From the IMG/VR virus record IMGVR_UViG_3300037419_003078: a stretch of DNA of 20,000 nt; one strand, written 5' to 3'. Under the pieces are notes generated by a model. That model worked only from the letters and a program-made list of their open reading frames with translations. It had not been told where the DNA came from and did not search any database. The position numbers were made by a program, and so were the translations under genes. This DNA comes from an uncultured virus (IMG/VR IMGVR_UViG_3300037419_003078). Lineage: Duplodnaviria; Heunggongvirae; Uroviricota; Caudoviricetes. Of this stretch, positions 15,939-20,000 are shown in pieces (the stretch's first letter is position 1; the number at the start of each line of letters is the position of its first letter).

Positions 15939-15967
15939 ATTCTAGTATATAAGTATTCAACTGTCAA
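15939..15967 (-). promoter_or_regulatory. Sigma-A-type promoter
   Basis: TTGACA-gttgaatacttatatac(17)-TAGAAT. Confidence 0.75.
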
Positions 15968-16116
15968 CTGAAAAATAACTTCTTTTTCATTTTTTCAAAC
16001 CATCTTTCAAACGGGGGGCAGAATAGATAGAGTAAGAATATAATAAAAAACCCTAATGACGCATAACCGATAATGATAAGAAAGATATATAACCCATATA
16101 AAGATTGAAATAACAT
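15964..16116 (-). CDS. Small membrane protein (50 aa), not in ORF track
   Basis: MLFQSLYGLYIFLIIIGYASLGFFIIFLLYLFCPPFERWFEKMKKKLFFS; RBS AAGGAG. Confidence 0.65.
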   Translation of the reverse strand: MLFQSLYGLYIFLIIIGYASLGFFIIFLLYLFCPPFERWFEKMKKKLFFS

Positions 16117-16148
16117 ATAAACACTCCTTATAATATAATTTTAGACTA

Positions 16149-16304
16149 CTATAATACTGTTAATGGTATACTTGCTACATAACAATCATACTTAGAATAC
16201 TTTTCTTTTCTAACTAGTTCTGCGTCTTCTTTATTAACATATATATTCCAATCTGCTACTTCATCACCGTTAGTAAAAATAATCATAAACATAAATTCGT
16301 GCAT
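16149..16304 (-). CDS. Small hypothetical protein (51 aa), not in ORF track
   Basis: MHEFMFMIIFTNGDEVADWNIYVNKEDAELVRKEKYSKYDCYVASIPLTVL; RBS AAGGAGGTGA. Confidence 0.65.
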   Translation of the reverse strand: MHEFMFMIIFTNGDEVADWNIYVNKEDAELVRKEKYSKYDCYVASIPLTVL

Positions 16305-16305
16305 A

Positions 16306-16797
16306 TTATTTCACCTCCTTATAATCTAATTTTAGATGTTTATCTAAGAACCTATAAGCATTAATACCACATACTACAATACAAGCAATAAGCCTAGTCA
16401 TATCACCTTTAGCACTATAATCTAATCCAAGCCCAAAGAATGTAGTAAACAAGAATACATTGTAATACTTATGACCAATACCATAAGAGATATAATCCCA
16501 AACCTTTCTAATTGAAAAGCCTTTATAACTCTTATAATCTCTAGCTAGTATTTGAATCTCTAACTCAATTCTATCTAGTTTAAACCAAGTTTCATCTAGT
16601 TCTCTGTCGTTTCTACCTTCAAACGAATTAATTTCACTGTTAAACTCATATTTGTTGTATCTCCAAAGATAATTTTTATAGTCTCTTAATTGACTATATT
16701 CATTGAACAACTTATCAATCTTAACATAAGCACTTTCTGTTAATGTATTCATATCAATTTCAGTTTTACCAATTACACGAATATCTACCTTTTTCAT
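16306..16797 (-). CDS. Hypothetical protein with two C-terminal hydrophobic segments
   Basis: ATG 16797 after AGGAGTGGGG; VFLFTTFFGLGL and LIACIVVCGINAY segments. Confidence 0.7.
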   Translation of the reverse strand: MKKVDIRVIGKTEIDMNTLTESAYVKIDKLFNEYSQLRDYKNYLWRYNKYEFNSEINSFEGRNDRELDETWFKLDRIELEIQILARDYKSYKGFSIRKVWDYISYGIGHKYYNVFLFTTFFGLGLDYSAKGDMTRLIACIVVCGINAYRFLDKHLKLDYKEVK

Positions 16798-16881
16798 TTT
16801 CCCCACTCCTAAGTATAATATTAGACTCTAACAGTCTAGGCTACTTATGATATAAAATTCAATCATAAGCAGATAACACCG

Positions 16882-17295
16882 TTAGATAATTATTATATTC
16901 GGTCTATCTTTTACATAATCACATTGTTTACAGATACCATCTTCCATAATATCATAGAAGGAATAGCATTTTTTACACCTAGGTTTTCTTTCATCTAGTA
17001 TTGATTCATTACCGTTAACAATTTCAATTAGTTGAATACCTTGCATAAGTGCAACCCTATTCATTGTCATTTCTTGATAAAATATTCTTGATGTACTTTC
17101 ATACTCAAATTCATCTCTAAATTGCTTACCGTTATTATCTTTATAAGCTACAATATATTTTTCTACTTTAACTTCATTTTCTGCATTTTCAATAATCCCC
17201 AATATCATACTATCATTGTAAAAGTCAGCATTGTCATAGATAACAGATAACAACTTTAATAGTTCCTCATGGTTTAAATGTGATAAGTCTTTCAT
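16882..17295 (-). CDS. Hypothetical protein with C-terminal CxxC..CxxC zinc finger
   Basis: CKKC...CKQC; RBS AAGGGAGAG. Confidence 0.75.
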   Translation of the reverse strand: MKDLSHLNHEELLKLLSVIYDNADFYNDSMILGIIENAENEVKVEKYIVAYKDNNGKQFRDEFEYESTSRIFYQEMTMNRVALMQGIQLIEIVNGNESILDERKPRCKKCYSFYDIMEDGICKQCDYVKDRPNIIII

Positions 17296-17378
17296 CTCAA
17301 TCTCTCCCTTATAATTTAATATTAAATCATTCCTACCTACAATCTAATTTTAGATTATAGATAGAGTATCATTTAATA

Positions 17379-17561
17379 TTATATCGTTACACTTGAATTA
17401 GGTGGGAATAGTAATACTTTCCCTTTCAAGTAGTCATCTTGAGACTGTTTATCTAATCTTTCCTCTACAAATTCCCTAGCCTCTCCTTCATCTTCAAAAC
17501 TTGCACACTCAAAGTTCCAAGTAGAAATATTGTAATAAGTCACTATCCAATCTTTATTCAT
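17379..17561 (-). CDS. Small hypothetical protein
   Basis: 60 aa; RBS AGGAGG. Confidence 0.7.
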   Translation of the reverse strand: MNKDWIVTYYNISTWNFECASFEDEGEAREFVEERLDKQSQDDYLKGKVLLFPPNSSVTI

Positions 17562-17585
17562 CTCTATTCCTCCTAAAGTATAATA

Positions 17586-18197
17586 TTATACTGTATATTG
17601 AACTTGACTCTTAGGTATCCAACCTTCCCAAGTAACATTCTTAATAGTCGTTAACATCTCATTGTATCTATCTTTTAGTTCTTTTTCAGTGTTACAAGGA
17701 TTAATATGAAAGTGTCCACCACATACAGGACCTAGCCCATACATTAAAGATACTGGGTGTGTTAATGTTCGGTTACAATGTAGACAATTACTAGATGGTT
17801 GTAACAATCCATTCAATTTAACTTTAATAGCTTTATTAGTTTCTTGTAATATAACACCTTCCATAGTTCTCATAGGTATTGGGTTTCTATTACTATTAGT
17901 TGCTCTAGTTAACCATTGACGAACTTTAAATATAGTCTTCTTTTCGACTGTAGCGACTGTATTTTCTTTTGTGAAGTCGAATAAGTCGAATGTAGCCAAA
18001 CCACTTTTATCATTAACTTCTACTGCCCAATCATTACTAATCTTTTCGCAAATATCCTCTACTCTATCACTATAGATAGCTTGAATAGTAAACGATAACC
18101 ATGAACCATGTAAAGAACTTTCATTCCAATTAAACTGTGCTCCTCCACCTAATAATAATTTCATATTCTCTCTAGCAACTGGTAAAGTTACTTTCAT
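17586..18197 (-). CDS. Two-domain protein with DUF6011-like zinc motif
   Basis: CLHCNRTLTHPVSLMYGLGPVC fits CxxCxRxLTxPxSxxxGxGPxC; start moved to ATG 18197 (MKVTL) after AAGGGGAG. Confidence 0.75.
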   Translation of the reverse strand: MKVTLPVARENMKLLLGGGAQFNWNESSLHGSWLSFTIQAIYSDRVEDICEKISNDWAVEVNDKSGLATFDLFDFTKENTVATVEKKTIFKVRQWLTRATNSNRNPIPMRTMEGVILQETNKAIKVKLNGLLQPSSNCLHCNRTLTHPVSLMYGLGPVCGGHFHINPCNTEKELKDRYNEMLTTIKNVTWEGWIPKSQVQYTV

Positions 18198-18236
18198 CTT
18201 AATATCTCCCCTTATAGTATAATATTTAACTATATG

Positions 18237-18266
18237 AAAGGAATGAGTAGCTAACCTCATTCCCTT
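18237..18266 (-). terminator. Hairpin after amidoligase gene (possible terminator)
   Basis: Minus strand AAGGGAATGAG-gttagcta-CTCATTCCTTT; bracketed by dyad sites 18212 and 18267. Confidence 0.55.
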
Positions 18267-18284
18267 TTATAATCTAATATTATA

Positions 18285-19613
18285 TCAATCTCCCATATAG
18301 ATTAAGCGACCACCTAAGAACTCTATATCAACATTTTCACGTTTGAACATCTGATATAATGACTTAACTTTCTTTTCTTCAACATCTAAGAACATAGCCA
18401 TGTTCTCATGAAATTCATTCAAGCTATCTGCAAACGGTACACTCATAGACTTAATTGCTACTAAGAATTTTTCTCTCAAAGTATCATCACTAGCACGATT
18501 GCGAGTATTAAACACTCTTTCAATTAGTTCTGTGTTCCAATGTGTATCATGACCATTTTCAGTTAACCATTGACTAATAGGACATTTGATTAATTTATCC
18601 ATAACTTCAACTGCTTCAAGTGAGTTGATAACTTTTAAGTATTTTGCTAAGTATGATACAAATTCTTTGTATAGTTGTTCTAATTTTGTACGGTCAACAT
18701 TGTCATAACCTCGTCTGTGTTGTTGCATTAACTCATATGATAATTCAACATCATTTTCAGTAAAGTTGAATTTTAGACCGTTGCGGGAAAAGTCGATAGC
18801 TAATAAAGTGATAGCCTTGTTAATGGATAACCACATAGCTAAGTGAGTAGCATTAAAAGTAGTATCACACATTCTATTTTCAAAGTGTACATAATCTATA
18901 CCACTGAAAATTCTTAAATATGAATCTCTACTCATTTGAGATAGATAACTATTTGATTGAGGTGTAATAACATTGTTAGCGTCATCAGTACGACCATATG
19001 CTCTCCACCAATAGAACAAGTCATCATTATTAAGTAAGTCGTATGAACTACCACGAACACCTCTAGCCCCACGTTTATCAGTCATAACCAACCATTTCAT
19101 AACAGGCATGAACTTAATAAAGAATTTAGCTACTGTATTGTAAATAGGTTTGTTGTCTAACTTAATTGTACTAGCGTATTCATGTCTATCTCTATCGTAC
19201 ATATATGATACTGTGTTATGAACATGAACAGAACCCATTTTAGTATGGTACACTCCACCACTAGCTTGCTTGTAAGTATCTAAGATACCGTTAAGATATA
19301 ATTTTAGATTATCCCAACCGATTAAATCAATCGGACTTGCAGATGTTTCAGTACCATAAATACCACCGTTATCATTTGAATAACTAGTTAATGAACCATC
19401 ATGATGAACATCATTATTCCAACCGTTACCATCATTTAAATGTTCTTGAGTAGCGAACCCTCTACCAATTGCCCCAAGTTTAGAACTAATTGTACTTTCA
19501 GAATAAGTTGTCATAGCTTCAACCTCAAACGATTGAGTAACAAGCCCTGCAATACCTTTTAATGTGCTACCTGCTTTTGCCATTTTGTCCTCAAAGAATT
19601 TTTCTTTTGTCAT
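18285..19613 (-). CDS. Putative amidoligase (COOH-NH2 ligase fold), long divergent type; paralog of 1011..2312
   Basis: SFEVE, HDGSL, GTETS, GSVHVH, HFENR; C-terminal half aligns with the 1011 gene (AIDFSRNG vs AIDLSQCG); RBS AAGGAG. Confidence 0.75.
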   Translation of the reverse strand: MTKEKFFEDKMAKAGSTLKGIAGLVTQSFEVEAMTTYSESTISSKLGAIGRGFATQEHLNDGNGWNNDVHHDGSLTSYSNDNGGIYGTETSASPIDLIGWDNLKLYLNGILDTYKQASGGVYHTKMGSVHVHNTVSYMYDRDRHEYASTIKLDNKPIYNTVAKFFIKFMPVMKWLVMTDKRGARGVRGSSYDLLNNDDLFYWWRAYGRTDDANNVITPQSNSYLSQMSRDSYLRIFSGIDYVHFENRMCDTTFNATHLAMWLSINKAITLLAIDFSRNGLKFNFTENDVELSYELMQQHRRGYDNVDRTKLEQLYKEFVSYLAKYLKVINSLEAVEVMDKLIKCPISQWLTENGHDTHWNTELIERVFNTRNRASDDTLREKFLVAIKSMSVPFADSLNEFHENMAMFLDVEEKKVKSLYQMFKRENVDIEFLGGRLIYMGD

Positions 19614-19655
19614 TTTTCAACATCTCCTTATGATATAATTTTAAATTTTAAAGCT

Positions 19656-19679
19656 TTCAGTGATAAGTTATCCACTGAA
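19656..19679. other. Intergenic hairpin
   Basis: TTCAGTG-ataagttatc-CACTGAA between dyad sites 19628 and 19686. Confidence 0.45.
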
Positions 19680-19724
19680 TAATGATTATAGTCGAATATT
19701 AAATTTTTGAGTCGGGGAAAAGGA

Positions 19725-20000
19725 TTAGAACAATTTAAGTGCCAATCTTGCTAATGCCTCTGTATGCTCTAAGTATACTATAGAACCATTATCTACTATA
19801 CCTATATGAACTGTATAAGGACTAGAAGGCATATGATGTACTAATACCATCTTACTATTAACTTCAAATAAGTAAGAAGTATTTTCTCCATCTTCAACAC
19901 TCTTATAGAATGTAACTAACACTGTTTCAAATTCTTGTTTTAAATAGTCCCTAATTTCAAACGTTCTTTCTAAGTTTCTTTCTTGTTTCTCTGTTAACAT
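19725..20000 (-). CDS. Hypothetical protein
   Basis: 91 aa ORF whose ATG lies at the window edge; RBS not visible. Confidence 0.65.
   Translation of the reverse strand: MLTEKQERNLERTFEIRDYLKQEFETVLVTFYKSVEDGENTSYLFEVNSKMVLVHHMPSSPYTVHIGIVDNGSIVYLEHTEALARLALKLF

Larger units (their letters stand above)
907..19709. repeat. Dispersed family of ~55 degenerate 24-bp dyad sites (YTAYARTHT AWTWTT AKAYTRTAA)
   Basis: Boundary-associated copies start at 907, 990, 2526, 2794, 4102, 4328, 4987, 5287, 6645, 6816, 6992, 7036, 7959, 8051, 9352, 9558, 10304, 10764, 11198, 11432, 11643, 12480, 12981, 13031, 14325, 14538, 14671, 14859, 14910, 15349, 15762, 15801, 16128, 16319, 16808, 16845, 17309, 17337, 17366, 17573, 18212, 18267, 19628, 19686. 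Intragenic copies start at 3215, 4583, 8258, 10034, 10079, 10524, 12128, 13125, 15038, 17930, 18760, 19291. Examples: 14538 TTATAATTT AATTTT AGACTATAA; 17337 CTACAATCT AATTTT AGATTATAG. Counted by eye. Confidence 0.9.

Noticed and set aside
7049..17588. Shared hydrophobic C-termini (RAI, RAV, EAI, YTV, VTI) as a protease degron
   Set aside because: They are explained more simply as translation of the dyad-site arm that contains the stop codon; there is no independent evidence for a degron.
2313..18260. Longer N-termini given by the ORF track (e.g. 2336, 8005, 10708, 14300, 18260)
   Set aside because: These extensions run through promoters, hairpins or RBSs; downstream ATGs have properly spaced Shine-Dalgarno sequences.
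907..19709. CRISPR array interpretation of the recurring repeat
   Set aside because: Copies are degenerate and irregularly spaced (28 bp to >1 kb), separated by genes rather than constant-length spacers, and no cas genes are present.
907..19709. Classical integron attC or chromosomal dif/Xer sites
   Set aside because: There are no RYYYAAC...GTTRRRY ends or long attC hairpins, the arms do not match the XerD-type TTATGTTAAA arm, and no integrase lies in the window. Only the architectural analogy is kept.

Overview
AT-rich (roughly 30% GC by eye) segment with every credible gene on the minus strand. Strong AAGGAG-type Shine-Dalgarno sites and 11 near-consensus sigma-A promoters suggest the early/accessory region of a large Firmicutes (Bacillus-like) phage. 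It holds an expanded peptide-ligase gene set: five glutamine-synthetase-fold amidoligases (one with a 10x CxxC zinc-finger insertion), two class-II glutamine amidotransferases and a gamma-glutamylcyclotransferase. These are interspersed with about 40 mostly small hypothetical genes, an XRE HTH regulator and a stand-alone RNA polymerase alpha-CTD homologue. The most striking unexplained structure is a degenerate 24-bp dyad site (+ strand consensus YTAYARTHT-AWTWTT-AKAYTRTAA). By eye it occurs about 45 times at gene boundaries, overlapping stop codons and abutting the RBS, and about 10 more times inside genes. It also brackets RNA hairpins, sits in helical phase upstream of promoters and marks an apparent in-frame gene fusion. 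It may be a dense operator/'stoperator'-like array or a recombination site delimiting gene cassettes. No recombinase, CRISPR array, tRNA or rRNA is visible in the window.
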